Counted from the first letter of the stretch, positions 50,062-60,634 are shown. The stretch is DNA of 64,000 nucleotides from Candidatus Obscuribacteraceae bacterium (GCA_044226015.1 JBGAHS010000002.1:947435-1011434), one strand, 5' to 3'. Numbers and translations are program-made. Notes: a model not told the origin generated them from the sequence alone.

Positions 50062-51547
50062 ATTCGCTCCACTCTGATTCAAACATGTGCACCAGCGCCT
50101 GATTATTCAACTTATTAACAAGATGCTCTGTCGGCATCATGTCCGCCGGAAAATGCAACATTTGAGAGAATGCATCTGCGGACAAATAGCGCAGTCCATC
50201 AGGATACTTAGTGGCAGCGACAAATGGTCGCTTCGAAGCAATCACATAGCCCCAATCTCCAAATGACGGAACATAGGCATGATATGGCGTGGTGTTCAAT
50301 CCAACAGTGTGCAGAGTATTCACAACACACCAATAGGAATTCTTAGCAAAATAAGGTGATGTACTCTGAATTACTATCAAACCATCGTCTTTCAACACGC
50401 TTTTCAATGTGCTGTAGAAAGTATCTGTATAAAGCTTCCCGAGTGAAAAATTGCTAGGGTCAGGAAAATCAACCGCAATAAAATCAAATTTGTTTTTGCA
50501 CTTCCGCAGCCAGAGAAATGCATCATCGTTGATTACTTGCACCTTTGGATTGTTCAGCGAATCTTGATTCAGCTCTGAGAAAAGCCCCTTGGATTTGAAC
50601 AGGTTGGTCATCTCTTTGTCTAAATCGACAAGCGTGATGTGCTGTACTGATGGGTACCTTAGCAGCTCACGCACGGCCATTCCGTCACCGCCACCGAGAA
50701 CAAGGACTTCTTGGGGATCCTTCAAGCTAGCCATGGATGGATGAATCAAGGCTTCGTGATAGCGGTATTCATCACGCGAGCTGAACTGCAAGTTTCCGTT
50801 CAGAAACAACTTAAAATCCTTTCCACTCCCGGTCAGGACGATGCGCTGATAAGGTGTAGAAGTTGAATAAATGACGTTTTCAGAAAATGTTGTTGATTCT
50901 GACAGAGTCATGATTTTGTCAGAGAAGGCAAAGCCCGATACCATAAAAATGATCAGACCATAAGCCAGCGTCCTGAACAGTCGCAGCCAGGGCATTTCTT
51001 CTCTGAACAAATGGATAGTCCAGATTGCAACACTTACGTTGAGTATGCCAAAGAGAAAAGAAGAACGAACAAGCCCAAGCACTGGCACTAAAACAAGGGG
51101 AAACAATACTGACGCAATTAATGCTCCGATGTAGTCGAAGGTAAAAACCTGCGATACAAGCTCCTTAAACTGCAAGCGATCCTTCAAAACTTGCATAAGT
51201 AGCGGCACTTCCATACCAATTAGAATGCCGATCGCACTGACTATCAAATAGAGAAGCACCTTAAAGTTATCGACATGGTTAAACAAGAGAAATAAAGTCG
51301 CAGCCGAGCAGCCACCAATAAGTCCGACCATGAGTTCAATTTGCACAAATGTGGCAATAATGTTCTTTTCGATAAAGCGAGAGAAATAAGACCCCACTCC
51401 CATAGAAAACAAGTAGACGCCAATTACAATCGAAAATTGAGTAACCGAGTCTCCTAATAAATAGCTAGCAACCGTACCGGCTATCAACTCGTATACAAGA
51501 CCACAAGTCGAGATTATGAATGCAGTTATGAGAAGTGGATAAGTCAC
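50045..51547 (-). CDS. speE: Polyamine aminopropyltransferase (spermidine synthase) with N-terminal membrane domain
   Basis: About 7 TMs (CGLVYEL) then TPYQRI, LNGNLQFSS.DEYRYHE, LGGGDG, VDFPDP, VPSFG.WG. Confidence 0.93.
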   Translation of the reverse strand: MTYPLLITAFIISTCGLVYELIAGTVASYLLGDSVTQFSIVIGVYLFSMGVGSYFSRFIEKNIIATFVQIELMVGLIGGCSAATLFLLFNHVDNFKVLLYLIVSAIGILIGMEVPLLMQVLKDRLQFKELVSQVFTFDYIGALIASVLFPLVLVPVLGLVRSSFLFGILNVSVAIWTIHLFREEMPWLRLFRTLAYGLIIFMVSGFAFSDKIMTLSESTTFSENVIYSTSTPYQRIVLTGSGKDFKLFLNGNLQFSSRDEYRYHEALIHPSMASLKDPQEVLVLGGGDGMAVRELLRYPSVQHITLVDLDKEMTNLFKSKGLFSELNQDSLNNPKVQVINDDAFLWLRKCKNKFDFIAVDFPDPSNFSLGKLYTDTFYSTLKSVLKDDGLIVIQSTSPYFAKNSYWCVVNTLHTVGLNTTPYHAYVPSFGDWGYVIASKRPFVAATKYPDGLRYLSADAFSQMLHFPADMMPTEHLVNKLNNQALVHMFESEWSEYVETH

Positions 51548-51561
51548 ATAAGCTCCATTGT

Positions 51562-51705
51562 TTACTTATGAAAGCGAGCGGCACTTCCTGTAGGCTTATC
51601 AGCCGCACCTGCGTCAGCCAGTCCCAGCCTGGTTCCCGATCCATACAGAAAGAAGAACCAAGCCAAAATACAAACGCAATAAACAATGTAGAACTTGTTC
51701 ATCAT
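51562..51705 (-). CDS. 47-aa membrane-anchored peptide ending in HK (below the ORF-track cutoff)
   Basis: Hand-translated MMNKFYIVYCVCILAWFFFLYGSGTRLGLADAGAADKPTGSAARFHK; ATGA overlap with the upstream DUF4178 gene; fills the gap before speE. Confidence 0.75.
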   Translation of the reverse strand: MMNKFYIVYCVCILAWFFFLYGSGTRLGLADAGAADKPTGSAARFHK

Positions 51706-53039
51706 GACTCACCCGATTGATAAATTGACGGCGTGAAGTCGCTCTGACTCCAGCGCTTCACATTGTCGTTGTAAACCGCAAATGAATAAAACATCGGAAA
51801 AATCGAAATCAGAATCAGCGAAATCCAATAGTTCGAAAAATCTGGAACATCTCTTTTCACAATCATACTCACAGCTCGAGTGCCACTATCGGTAAAAGCC
51901 CCCGACTCATAATCAAGACTTACATAGTATTTGCCAGAAGGAACATTTGAAAATCCAAGTTCTTCAGAACGAGAACCTTCTGACCATGACTCACCATCTG
52001 AATAGCCGTGATAGTACTCAATCGATTTCTCAAAAGGATAACTAACACCAGTGTCATTATTCACAAGAACGCCAGACACCCAGAACCAGGAGTTGTCTAC
52101 AGGCGCAAGGAAATACAAATCGACATTTGCCTTGTCCTTATCCAGTTGAAACACACGACTCGTTTGGCTGCCCTTTTTGTTCACCTCAAATGATATTTCT
52201 TCGGCATCAGCTATTTTGTTTGAAGACATAAAACAAGTGAGTATTTGAGCGCACGTTAGAAGTCCGGCAAAGATCAACCAAACTTTCTTCATCGAAGCAA
52301 GAGTTCGCTGGGAATGTGTTAGCTGGTTAGCCCCGACTCCTGAAGGCTTCCTAAACCCCTTGATCTTAAAAGCTTTGGCAACATCGTCAGCCTCTACATA
52401 CTCTCCAATGCTCCAATTAATTTCAAGCTTGTCCTTTTCAGAGGAAAGCATGTAAGGCGGGTTTATGTAGTCTGACATCTCGACAGATGTTTCAACATGC
52501 AGGTTCCAATAGAATTCTCCCAGCACAAATTCATAGACAGCAGATCCACGATTGAACAGTGTGTATTTTTTGCCATCTAGGAGAACTGATTTTGCGTTCG
52601 AATCATCTGGCACGTCTTTGATGGGGCGCACAAAATTCCAGTGCCCGCTTAAGTTCACCAGCCATCGATAACCATAATATGGGTTAAAGAGAAGATACTC
52701 TTCCCAATAATATGCACCATCTCGCCTAACGCAAAAACCAATACACTCCCACAGTTTCCCAAAAAGCGTGCCGCGAGTGCCGAATGCTATCAAAGGCTCT
52801 TGCCCACGTCTAGCATCGGCACAGCTATCTATTATTCTGAAGTTCGCATCTTGTGCATCGAGTACAGCCTTGCAAGACTGACACACCACAGAAAGTGATG
52901 CTCCAGGGTTACGTATAGTGACAGAGCCGCCGCAACGAGGACAAGAAATCACTTTGACTTTTCTTGGACGAGACGAGGCGGGCAAGTTAGGCTCGCCCTT
53001 TTTCGACTCAGACTCAAAATCGTGTGATTCACCAGCCAT
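51702..53039 (-). CDS. DUF4178 domain membrane protein with N-terminal Zn ribbon
   Basis: CPRCGG...CQSC, WEEYLLFNPYYGYRWL, GEFYW, YYHGYSDGESWSEGS, two TMs. Confidence 0.85.
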   Translation of the reverse strand: MAGESHDFESESKKGEPNLPASSRPRKVKVISCPRCGGSVTIRNPGASLSVVCQSCKAVLDAQDANFRIIDSCADARRGQEPLIAFGTRGTLFGKLWECIGFCVRRDGAYYWEEYLLFNPYYGYRWLVNLSGHWNFVRPIKDVPDDSNAKSVLLDGKKYTLFNRGSAVYEFVLGEFYWNLHVETSVEMSDYINPPYMLSSEKDKLEINWSIGEYVEADDVAKAFKIKGFRKPSGVGANQLTHSQRTLASMKKVWLIFAGLLTCAQILTCFMSSNKIADAEEISFEVNKKGSQTSRVFQLDKDKANVDLYFLAPVDNSWFWVSGVLVNNDTGVSYPFEKSIEYYHGYSDGESWSEGSRSEELGFSNVPSGKYYVSLDYESGAFTDSGTRAVSMIVKRDVPDFSNYWISLILISIFPMFYSFAVYNDNVKRWSQSDFTPSIYQSGES

Positions 53040-53658
53040 CGATTTCCCTCAAGTGCTTGAATTTGAAATCGTCAAACTCCTGGTAGGAACCAACATAAAT
53101 TCGCGTTTGGTCGGGTGCACACTCAATTGTTGCCATCTGTTTTCTTGGACCGCGTAAGTCTAAACTACGAGACCTTCGTCCCGCAGCAGCATTCATTGGT
53201 AATTCACCCTCACTGAATATACAGACCACATCATGAATATCATCGACCATGAATTCACCATAGGGAGACAGGGTCAAGCGTTTGCCGAGAGAGAAATGAC
53301 TTGCGTCAAAGTTCTCATTGAATTGATACGGAAAACAAACCGCATAAAATCCCTGCGCCTCAGCCAACCAACCTTCTTTGCCGGCACTATCGATCGTATA
53401 CCACTCGTTCCAAAACCCGTCATGATAACGAATTTTCAAACGTCCGATGATATTGAAAAACTGATTCTTGTAATAGCCCTGGGTTCCTACCTGCAGTGGG
53501 GATATTTCGTCCTGCAAATCGGCCATTTTCCCAATGGCTTCAAGATTCATATCCTGTCGCACAAGAGTTGATTTGCAGTACTGACATACGGCAAACACAG
53601 AGGCTTTAGATAGAAACTTTACTTCAGCACCGCAAGAAGGGCAGCTTAGTTTCAACAT
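53029..53658 (-). CDS. DUF4178 domain protein with N-terminal Zn ribbon
   Basis: CPSCGA...CQYC, SPLQVGT.G, G.WNEWY, GWLAEAQG, EGELP. Confidence 0.85.
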   Translation of the reverse strand: MLKLSCPSCGAEVKFLSKASVFAVCQYCKSTLVRQDMNLEAIGKMADLQDEISPLQVGTQGYYKNQFFNIIGRLKIRYHDGFWNEWYTIDSAGKEGWLAEAQGFYAVCFPYQFNENFDASHFSLGKRLTLSPYGEFMVDDIHDVVCIFSEGELPMNAAAGRRSRSLDLRGPRKQMATIECAPDQTRIYVGSYQEFDDFKFKHLREIDGW

Positions 53659-54650
53659 CAGGAAATTCTCTTTAGTATCTCCGCTTTCTTCGCATCAAAC
53701 TCATCCTGGGTGATCAATCCCTTTTGAAGAAGATTCCCAAGCTTTTCCAACAACTCAAAAGGGTCGACTTCCGGTGCTTGTGCTTTTCCAGCATCAGCAG
53801 CATGCTGCGTATTTTGTGCAAACATCTGCCCGATGACTTGTCCGGCACCCAAGCCGACTCCAGCGCCAGCCAGTCCGCCTCCATTTGCCGCCGCTGCAGC
53901 AATGCTGTCGGCAGCCTGGAAATGTGCGTACTTGTTCAAATCGCCAACAAGATTCATAGAAGAGCGCTTGTCGAGATATTCTTGAAGCTCTTCCGGCAAA
54001 GTAATACTCTGCACCATAAAGGAACAAAGCTTCAATCCATAGGTGAAGAACACCGAATCAAGTTCTTTCTTCATTTCTTCAGAGAACAGCATCTGATTTG
54101 CTGCAAGGTCCAGAAATGCCGTCTCAGCCTTACCCAACTTTGTCGCAATGCCAGTAATAATCGCTGCACGTAACTGCCCATCTAACTCAGCAACAGTGTA
54201 GGTCTGCCGCGTTCCACTAATTTTTTGATAAAAAGTTGTAGGCTCTTCAATTTGATAGGAAAAGGTGCCAAACGCTCGCAAGCGAATTGCGCCAAATTCT
54301 TTGTCTCTTACTGTGATAGGTTGCTGCGTTCCCCAGCGCTGGTCAATTTGTTCTCTTGTAGAGAAGAAATAGACATCTGATTTGAAGGGCGACTTGAAGG
54401 CCTTATCCCAATTCAGCAAAGTTGTGAGTATCGGCAGGTTAGCGGTTGTTAGCTTGTAACGACCCGGAGTGAAAGAATCAGCTATGTTGCCCTCATTAAC
54501 AAACAAAGCGAGTTGCGTATCACGCACAGTCAATTGAGCACCGTTTTGAATTTCACGATCCAACGTGGGAAAACGATAGGCAAGGACGCCATCAGTCTCT
54601 TCGGTCCATTCGATTACTTCGATAAATTGCTTTTTGAAAATGTCAAACAT
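53658..54650 (-). CDS. SPFH/Band-7-like domain protein with C-terminal SHOCT
   Basis: FIEVIEW, EIQNGAQLTVR, SPFKSDVYF, RWGT.QPI..RD.EFG, GLITQDEFDAKKAEIL; AGGAG RBS before ATG 54650. Confidence 0.9.
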   Translation of the reverse strand: MFDIFKKQFIEVIEWTEETDGVLAYRFPTLDREIQNGAQLTVRDTQLALFVNEGNIADSFTPGRYKLTTANLPILTTLLNWDKAFKSPFKSDVYFFSTREQIDQRWGTQQPITVRDKEFGAIRLRAFGTFSYQIEEPTTFYQKISGTRQTYTVAELDGQLRAAIITGIATKLGKAETAFLDLAANQMLFSEEMKKELDSVFFTYGLKLCSFMVQSITLPEELQEYLDKRSSMNLVGDLNKYAHFQAADSIAAAAANGGGLAGAGVGLGAGQVIGQMFAQNTQHAADAGKAQAPEVDPFELLEKLGNLLQKGLITQDEFDAKKAEILKRIS

Positions 54651-54814
54651 AAGCGCTCCTCGCGTCCATCTTTGCAACAGGTATTGCTATTGCTGTCAGG
54701 ATAGCAAAACAGCTGATTTCATGCATGAGAACATGAGACTTAAGTTCTGCTGGACGCAGAAAGAAAATGCAGGATAATTGTCCTTCCTTCATTCTTACCA
54801 CTGGGAAAGCAAAG

Positions 54815-56155
54815 ATGAGTATTCATACACCCAAAGACACTGACAATCTCGTTATTTACAGTGTGTATGTCAGGGCCCACGGTCCAAGTGGGACATTCAA
54901 AGATGTAGAGAACGACCTCGAGCGCATCAAAGGAATGGGCGTAGACGTCGTCTGGTTCCTGCCCATACATCCCATCGGGAAACTAAAAGCCAAAGGCAGC
55001 CTTGGCTGCCCCTACAGCATCAGCGATTACCGGGGAGTTAACCCCGAGTATGGAACTGAGGAGGACCTGAAGCGCTTGATCAAAAAGGCGCATCAATTGG
55101 GTCTCAAAGTGATGATCGATGTGGTCTACCATCACACCTCACATGATTCAAACCTGATAACTGAACACCCCGAATGGTACCGACAAAATGCTGATGGAAC
55201 TCCACAGACTTCAGTTCCTGAATGGAGCGACATCATCGACTTGAACCATCCAAACGAAGAGCTGACTCAGTACCTGATTGACTCTTTGCGTAAATGGGTT
55301 GAGCTAGGCATCGATGGCTTCCGCTGCGACGTGGCTTCTTGCGTGCCGATTGAGTTCTGGAGTAAGGCAATAAAGAAACTGCGTGAAATAAATCCCGATT
55401 TGCTCTGGCTAGCAGAGTCAGTAAACCCTGATTTTATAAGGGACCGCCGAGCAGCAGGGCTCATCGCACATTCAGATGCTGAACTCTTCGAGCATTTCGA
55501 TATTTTGTACGACTATGACATTTGGTTTGCATTTAAAGCAGTTCTCGCCGGAAAAATGAGCATTGAACGTTATCTTGAGTTGATGGCACTGCAAGATGCG
55601 CACTTCCCGCACAATTTTTCAAAGATGCGTTTCGTTGAGAATCACGATCAAAAGCGCATCATGGATGCAGCCACAAGCGAGCGTCATGCATTTGCCTGGA
55701 CAGCCTTCCAAGCATTTAACAAGGGACCGTTTTTGATCTACGCTGGCCAGGAATCGAAAGATAAACGAACGCCATCGCTTTTTGAAAAAGAGGATGTGAA
55801 TTGGGACCAATATCAATGGCAAAACCGATTGACTAAATTATCGTTTCTGAAAAAGCACGAAATAATGCTCCACGGAAAATTCAAAATTCTCTCCAGCAGC
55901 CCCTGCCTTCAGGCTGCATGGGTGGAACCCTCCGGTCAAAGCCTCTATGGAATTTTCAATGTTGCAGGAAGTTCGAGCCAGGAAATTGAGACGCAAGCAC
56001 CTGACGGCGAATATGTAGACATTTGCTCAGAAACAGGAAGCCACATTGTGATCAAGAATGGCAAAACAAAGCTACCGGCAGATGCCTGCATCTTCCGAGT
56101 TAGCACCCGCTGCTCTTACAAGACCCATGTACCAGACTTCTGGACATATAATTAG
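54815..56155 (+). CDS. GH13 alpha-amylase family glycoside hydrolase
   Basis: WFLPIHP, DVVYHH, DGFRCDVA, LAE, FVENHD catalytic regions. Confidence 0.93.
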   Translation: MSIHTPKDTDNLVIYSVYVRAHGPSGTFKDVENDLERIKGMGVDVVWFLPIHPIGKLKAKGSLGCPYSISDYRGVNPEYGTEEDLKRLIKKAHQLGLKVMIDVVYHHTSHDSNLITEHPEWYRQNADGTPQTSVPEWSDIIDLNHPNEELTQYLIDSLRKWVELGIDGFRCDVASCVPIEFWSKAIKKLREINPDLLWLAESVNPDFIRDRRAAGLIAHSDAELFEHFDILYDYDIWFAFKAVLAGKMSIERYLELMALQDAHFPHNFSKMRFVENHDQKRIMDAATSERHAFAWTAFQAFNKGPFLIYAGQESKDKRTPSLFEKEDVNWDQYQWQNRLTKLSFLKKHEIMLHGKFKILSSSPCLQAAWVEPSGQSLYGIFNVAGSSSQEIETQAPDGEYVDICSETGSHIVIKNGKTKLPADACIFRVSTRCSYKTHVPDFWTYN

Positions 56156-56163
56156 CGCTCGAA

Positions 56164-57399
56164 TTAATCAGCGCACTGAATCACATGACCTTCGCGCACG
56201 AGTTGCTCTTTGTGCGCACCATTGAACTTCGAATCTTTCACAGGCTGCTTAAGCCCTTTCTCATCGTTTGAGAAAAAGGCATTTAAATCTGGAACTTCAC
56301 CCAGGACCGTAAACCTATCAAAGAGGTATGGCACACCATTGCTTCCGAGTATGTGGGGATCGTCCACAACATGAAAATGTAAATGAGGACCCGAAGTATT
56401 TCCCGTGTTTCCCACTTCAGCTATTTGCTGACCGCGCGAAACTTTGTCACCAACATTGACTTTAATGCTACCCGGTTTCAGGTGAGCATAAAATGCATAG
56501 AGCGACTCCGAGCCATTAGAGATTTTGAGCACGATAGAGTTGCCACCAGGATACTTGATGCGATCAGGACCTTTTACATCTTTGTATGGAGTCTGATTTT
56601 CGAAGCCTTGATTAACGCCCACCACTACTCCATCAGCCACCGCATATAGTGGCTGCGCATAACAAGAAGAACTCTCGCACTTTGAGCTATCACTTTTAGT
56701 TGAGAAACCTTGTTCATCAAGACGGACCCAATCAATGGCAAATCGTTGCGCACAATAGCGCTTGTTATCAATGCCGAATATCGCTCTGCGATGACCTGCT
56801 ACTCCTGCATAGCCACCGAATGCAACCCACTTCCCACCCTTGAACGGAGGGCTTATGACTAGAGCCGGCTTTTTGTTTACCTCAATACCCGAGCAATCAA
56901 CTATCTTCGTGGCTGGCTTTTTGTCGAAATCAATTGTTTTGTAGGTAAATCTGTAAGCAAGTCGATCTGGGCACTGACTCGGATTTTCAAATTCTAGATT
57001 CACAAACAAAACAACGTCTTGCCCCGCCTTCAAGACCGCTGTTTTGGTCTTATCGTATTTCAGCAATAAAGCAGCAATGTCCTTTGCAGCCAATTCTTTT
57101 AGCACAGAATTGTTTTCTGCGTTCAATATTTCAACCTTGCTGAGTTCAATCTCAGACACTGATACATTAGTCAAAAAGAGTTCATAAGCCAGGATAAACC
57201 TGCCCTCGCTACCCTGAAACAATTGCGGACTGACAGACTCCCGTACAAGCAACATAGTCCAATTAACAGCAGCCTCAGCAGGGTTTTTCGGGTCTCTTCC
57301 CTCAGAAGCAACTGCTGCTAATGCGCAAAAAACAAGAATCGCAGCAGTACTGCTAACTAGAGCAAGCTGAACTAATTGAAAACCAGAATTTACACGCAT
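56164..57399 (-). CDS. Secreted M23 family metallopeptidase
   Basis: Signal peptide; QRFAIDW, YAVADG, YAHLK, GNTGNTSGPHLHF. Confidence 0.9.
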   Translation of the reverse strand: MRVNSGFQLVQLALVSSTAAILVFCALAAVASEGRDPKNPAEAAVNWTMLLVRESVSPQLFQGSEGRFILAYELFLTNVSVSEIELSKVEILNAENNSVLKELAAKDIAALLLKYDKTKTAVLKAGQDVVLFVNLEFENPSQCPDRLAYRFTYKTIDFDKKPATKIVDCSGIEVNKKPALVISPPFKGGKWVAFGGYAGVAGHRRAIFGIDNKRYCAQRFAIDWVRLDEQGFSTKSDSSKCESSSCYAQPLYAVADGVVVGVNQGFENQTPYKDVKGPDRIKYPGGNSIVLKISNGSESLYAFYAHLKPGSIKVNVGDKVSRGQQIAEVGNTGNTSGPHLHFHVVDDPHILGSNGVPYLFDRFTVLGEVPDLNAFFSNDEKGLKQPVKDSKFNGAHKEQLVREGHVIQCAD

Positions 57400-57528
57400 T
57401 TTGACTCTCCAGAAACAAGAGACTCAATTTAGCACGAAGCGAACTAAACCAGGCAAGTTCAAAATAGTGAGATGCTCTTGTGCAAATAATTCATTAGCGA
57501 AAGAGGATGCTAAATTTGAAAGACTTAG

Positions 57529-58254
57529 CTAAATGTCAACGCGTTTTGCAGCAGCGGCCGGTCCACCCTGGCGATGAGTTCTGGCCCTCCACTTTTCCAG
57601 GGCTCGAATGCGCTTCCGTTCATTATTACCCTCTGAAAGCTGATCATCGTAGGGGTCGAGAATTTTGTCAAAAACGCGATAGCCGATTGTTGCCGCAGCG
57701 TTAGATGACTTGTAGCCCAGCTCTTGCGCAACCTCTGCCCATGAGCAGCCCTCATTAATCAACTCCATCAACCGAGCTTCCTTAGTGGATAACTGTTCCC
57801 TGATAAAAACATGGCGCATTTCGCGCGAGACAAGAACAACGTGACCCTGCATAGCAAGCTTTAATTCTGCCACCATGGATGGAATCTCAGCAAGTGGTGC
57901 ATGCTTGCACAAATATCCATCACAACCAGCTTGCAGAGCCCGCTCACCATCCTCCAACAATCGGGAGTTGGTCAAAACCAAAATTGTTCCGAAAAACCCA
58001 TCCGCATGACGAAGTTCTTTCACGATTCGAAGACCCGCCATAGAGTTGGCTTCCTTCAGCCCTTCTGATTTCGGAATCACAAGATCTACCAGCGCGCAAT
58101 CTAGCTTAGAGAGGTCGTTTGATCTAATCCACTCATTTGCAGCTTCTTCATTGTTCAATACTGCCAGTACCTTAGTGGCGCCATCCTCCTCAAGACACTC
58201 TTTGAGGATTTCAGCGAAATCAACATCGTCCTCCACTATTATTATGTTAATCAT
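57529..58254 (-). CDS. Response regulator with atypical C-terminal HTH
   Basis: IIIVEDD, LVDLVIP, LVLT, GYLCK receiver; LSTKEARL...WAEVAQELG. Confidence 0.85.
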   Translation of the reverse strand: MINIIIVEDDVDFAEILKECLEEDGATKVLAVLNNEEAANEWIRSNDLSKLDCALVDLVIPKSEGLKEANSMAGLRIVKELRHADGFFGTILVLTNSRLLEDGERALQAGCDGYLCKHAPLAEIPSMVAELKLAMQGHVVLVSREMRHVFIREQLSTKEARLMELINEGCSWAEVAQELGYKSSNAAATIGYRVFDKILDPYDDQLSEGNNERKRIRALEKWRARTHRQGGPAAAAKRVDI

Positions 58255-60625
58255 TTTCAGAACCTCTGGCTTCCTGGACTATAGCACCCACAGTTGCCTT
58301 CGACGACATTGATAACGAACTACTTTTTTCTTCCACTATTATAGTATGTTGCCCCGTTGAAAGTATGTCCTCACCGGAATCTCCACCAGCCTCAAGATGA
58401 CTTGACGGCAGGGTTATCGTGAACGTTGTACCTCGTCCTACTTTGCTGCTCACTGCAATTTTCCCCCCAAAGGACTCCACGAAAGCGCTGACAATTTGCA
58501 GTCCCAAACCGTCGCCATTGCTACTTTTCAGCTCTTGCATCCGGCTCTTGTCAAACAGCAATGGAAGTTTGTCTTGGTCTATACCCTTACCATTGTCACT
58601 AACGAAAATCTGGTGAACATGTGCACTCGAGCGAGCTTCAATAGTAATATGAATTGCATTAGGATTATGGAGAATGGCATTTCTGATGAGGTTATCGAAT
58701 ATTCTGGACAACCTTAGCGGCACTGCATTCATCCAGAGAACGCGCTCAGGAAGTAAGAGTTCGATCTTGTCATTTTTCATCTCGGCGAGGGGACGGGCCA
58801 TCGCAACACAATCGATCAATATCTTGTTCAGCTGACAACGCTCAGAAACAAACCCCTCCTCATGCTCTGTAGATGAAACAACATAGCTAGAGGAGAGTTC
58901 ATGAAGAAGGTCGATCAAGCGGTTTGATGTCTTTGCCAGCTTATCTATCTTCTCAGAGACAGCCTCAGGCGGAAGCTCACCAAGCTTGAGCCTGGAGAGA
59001 ATCCAACTCATAACTGTAACTGGAGCCTTCAGATCATGATTGATTCGCCTTATGAACTCTTGTCGCCTATACTCATCTTGAAGAACTTCTTGAACCTGAA
59101 GCTCTGCTAATTGCCTCTTGAGCTCTTCTTCATACTTTTCCTCCTGCAGCTTAAGCCTCTCTTCAGCGTGCTCGAGTTGCCTCTTCAAGGAAAGGGTACG
59201 CTCATTTTCGCGTTCCCAAAGTGCAGCCGATAGAGACGCAATCATGATTGAAATCGATGGCACAATCACAGGGACAATCAAGCCAAAATAAGCAAAGACA
59301 AAACATGCCGTTAGATAACAAATGTTGATGCTAATAACACAACAGGCAATGTCTAAAATCAGACCTACAGCCAGAGTCTTTCCGAGTCCTTTGACTGATT
59401 TCATCAAATACTTCCAGGCAGACAAGAATGCTGCACCTAGCAAAGAACAAAGGAAGAGATACACAAGGCTTCCCGAAAAGGACAAGCGGTGGCGCCAACT
59501 ATGCCGAGCGATTGTGTCAATCGACTGAGCAATGATTTCGGACCCACTCATCAAGTTGACACCAAGATTTGTAAATGGCGTAGCGTAGACGTCGGTTACG
59601 CCATCACCCACAATGACAATGGCATCATCGAGTGTCACATCCTCGTTCTGAGGGTCAGCATTTTGAAGTAAGCGCGACTTTAGCGCAGGGTCCAACAGAT
59701 ATTGAAACGGTCTTACTGGATATAAGTCGGAGTTTGGAGGTCCGGCAAAATCAATGTCCATCTCACGGGGCAAATCAGGTGGAATTGTTTGCCCAAGAGC
59801 CTGCAGGACCTTAACAGTTATAGAACTTCGTTCCTTCGATTTTAGATCCGCAGCACTACATACGGTGCGTCGAACAACCAGATCTTCATCAAGCATCATG
59901 CTTGTTGTGCCAGTGTACTTCTTCAAAACATCCACACCCGGCTCAAGGTTTGAGAGTTCCTTCAAAACGCCAGATGGATTCGACGTTACATCGAGCTGTA
60001 AGATATTGATAAAACTGCGCCGATTGACAGTACTTGCCATCAAGACAGGAACCTTTTTTCCGGTCAGCGTGCCGTTTGAAGCTTCGCTAATTGCTTTTGC
60101 CAGAACAGCATCGTCTTCAGAAAACTGGGGGAAATCGTTGTCCAAAATCACAAGCTTGGCATTTGATTTAGCCAGAAAACGCACAATGTTTGCGATCTCT
60201 GCTCTTGAGTACGGAAACTTCATCAGGGGTTTCATCCACGGAAACGTTTCCACAGCCTCAGGCGGTGGCTCGTCTTCTAACAGATGATTGAAGATGACAA
60301 ACTTATTTTTTACCGGTATATGATTGGGCTCTAACAGCCAGCTCAGAGTATAATCCCACGCCCACCACCTTCGCGGAATTTCGTGCTTTTCGTGGTAAGC
60401 CCAAAGCCTGGATATATCTAAACGGTCGAAAGCTTCTGGCGACCATACAAGAAATCGCCTCGCCTCAAACATGCGATCTATCGTCTGCAGCTCTGCTCTG
60501 CTAAGCATGCCACTCATTAAAAGAATAGTGCCACTGAGGAAACATGACAGAACAAAAACCAGGAAGAGCAGAACACTCTGGCGCGTCTTGATTGCGCTAA
60601 ACAGCTTATGAAGACGCAGGTTCAC
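58247..60625 (-). CDS. CHASE2 domain sensor histidine kinase
   Basis: N-terminal TM, CHASE2-like (LVILDNDF, DAVLAKAI, DEDLVVRR, D.YATP, M.G.EI.A), three TMs, coiled coil, NHDLKAP, NLIRNA, DNGKGI, GLGL. Confidence 0.88.
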   Translation of the reverse strand: MNLRLHKLFSAIKTRQSVLLFLVFVLSCFLSGTILLMSGMLSRAELQTIDRMFEARRFLVWSPEAFDRLDISRLWAYHEKHEIPRRWWAWDYTLSWLLEPNHIPVKNKFVIFNHLLEDEPPPEAVETFPWMKPLMKFPYSRAEIANIVRFLAKSNAKLVILDNDFPQFSEDDAVLAKAISEASNGTLTGKKVPVLMASTVNRRSFINILQLDVTSNPSGVLKELSNLEPGVDVLKKYTGTTSMMLDEDLVVRRTVCSAADLKSKERSSITVKVLQALGQTIPPDLPREMDIDFAGPPNSDLYPVRPFQYLLDPALKSRLLQNADPQNEDVTLDDAIVIVGDGVTDVYATPFTNLGVNLMSGSEIIAQSIDTIARHSWRHRLSFSGSLVYLFLCSLLGAAFLSAWKYLMKSVKGLGKTLAVGLILDIACCVISINICYLTACFVFAYFGLIVPVIVPSISIMIASLSAALWERENERTLSLKRQLEHAEERLKLQEEKYEEELKRQLAELQVQEVLQDEYRRQEFIRRINHDLKAPVTVMSWILSRLKLGELPPEAVSEKIDKLAKTSNRLIDLLHELSSSYVVSSTEHEEGFVSERCQLNKILIDCVAMARPLAEMKNDKIELLLPERVLWMNAVPLRLSRIFDNLIRNAILHNPNAIHITIEARSSAHVHQIFVSDNGKGIDQDKLPLLFDKSRMQELKSSNGDGLGLQIVSAFVESFGGKIAVSSKVGRGTTFTITLPSSHLEAGGDSGEDILSTGQHTIIVEEKSSSLSMSSKATVGAIVQEARGSEND

Positions 60626-60634
60626 CAGAGCACC

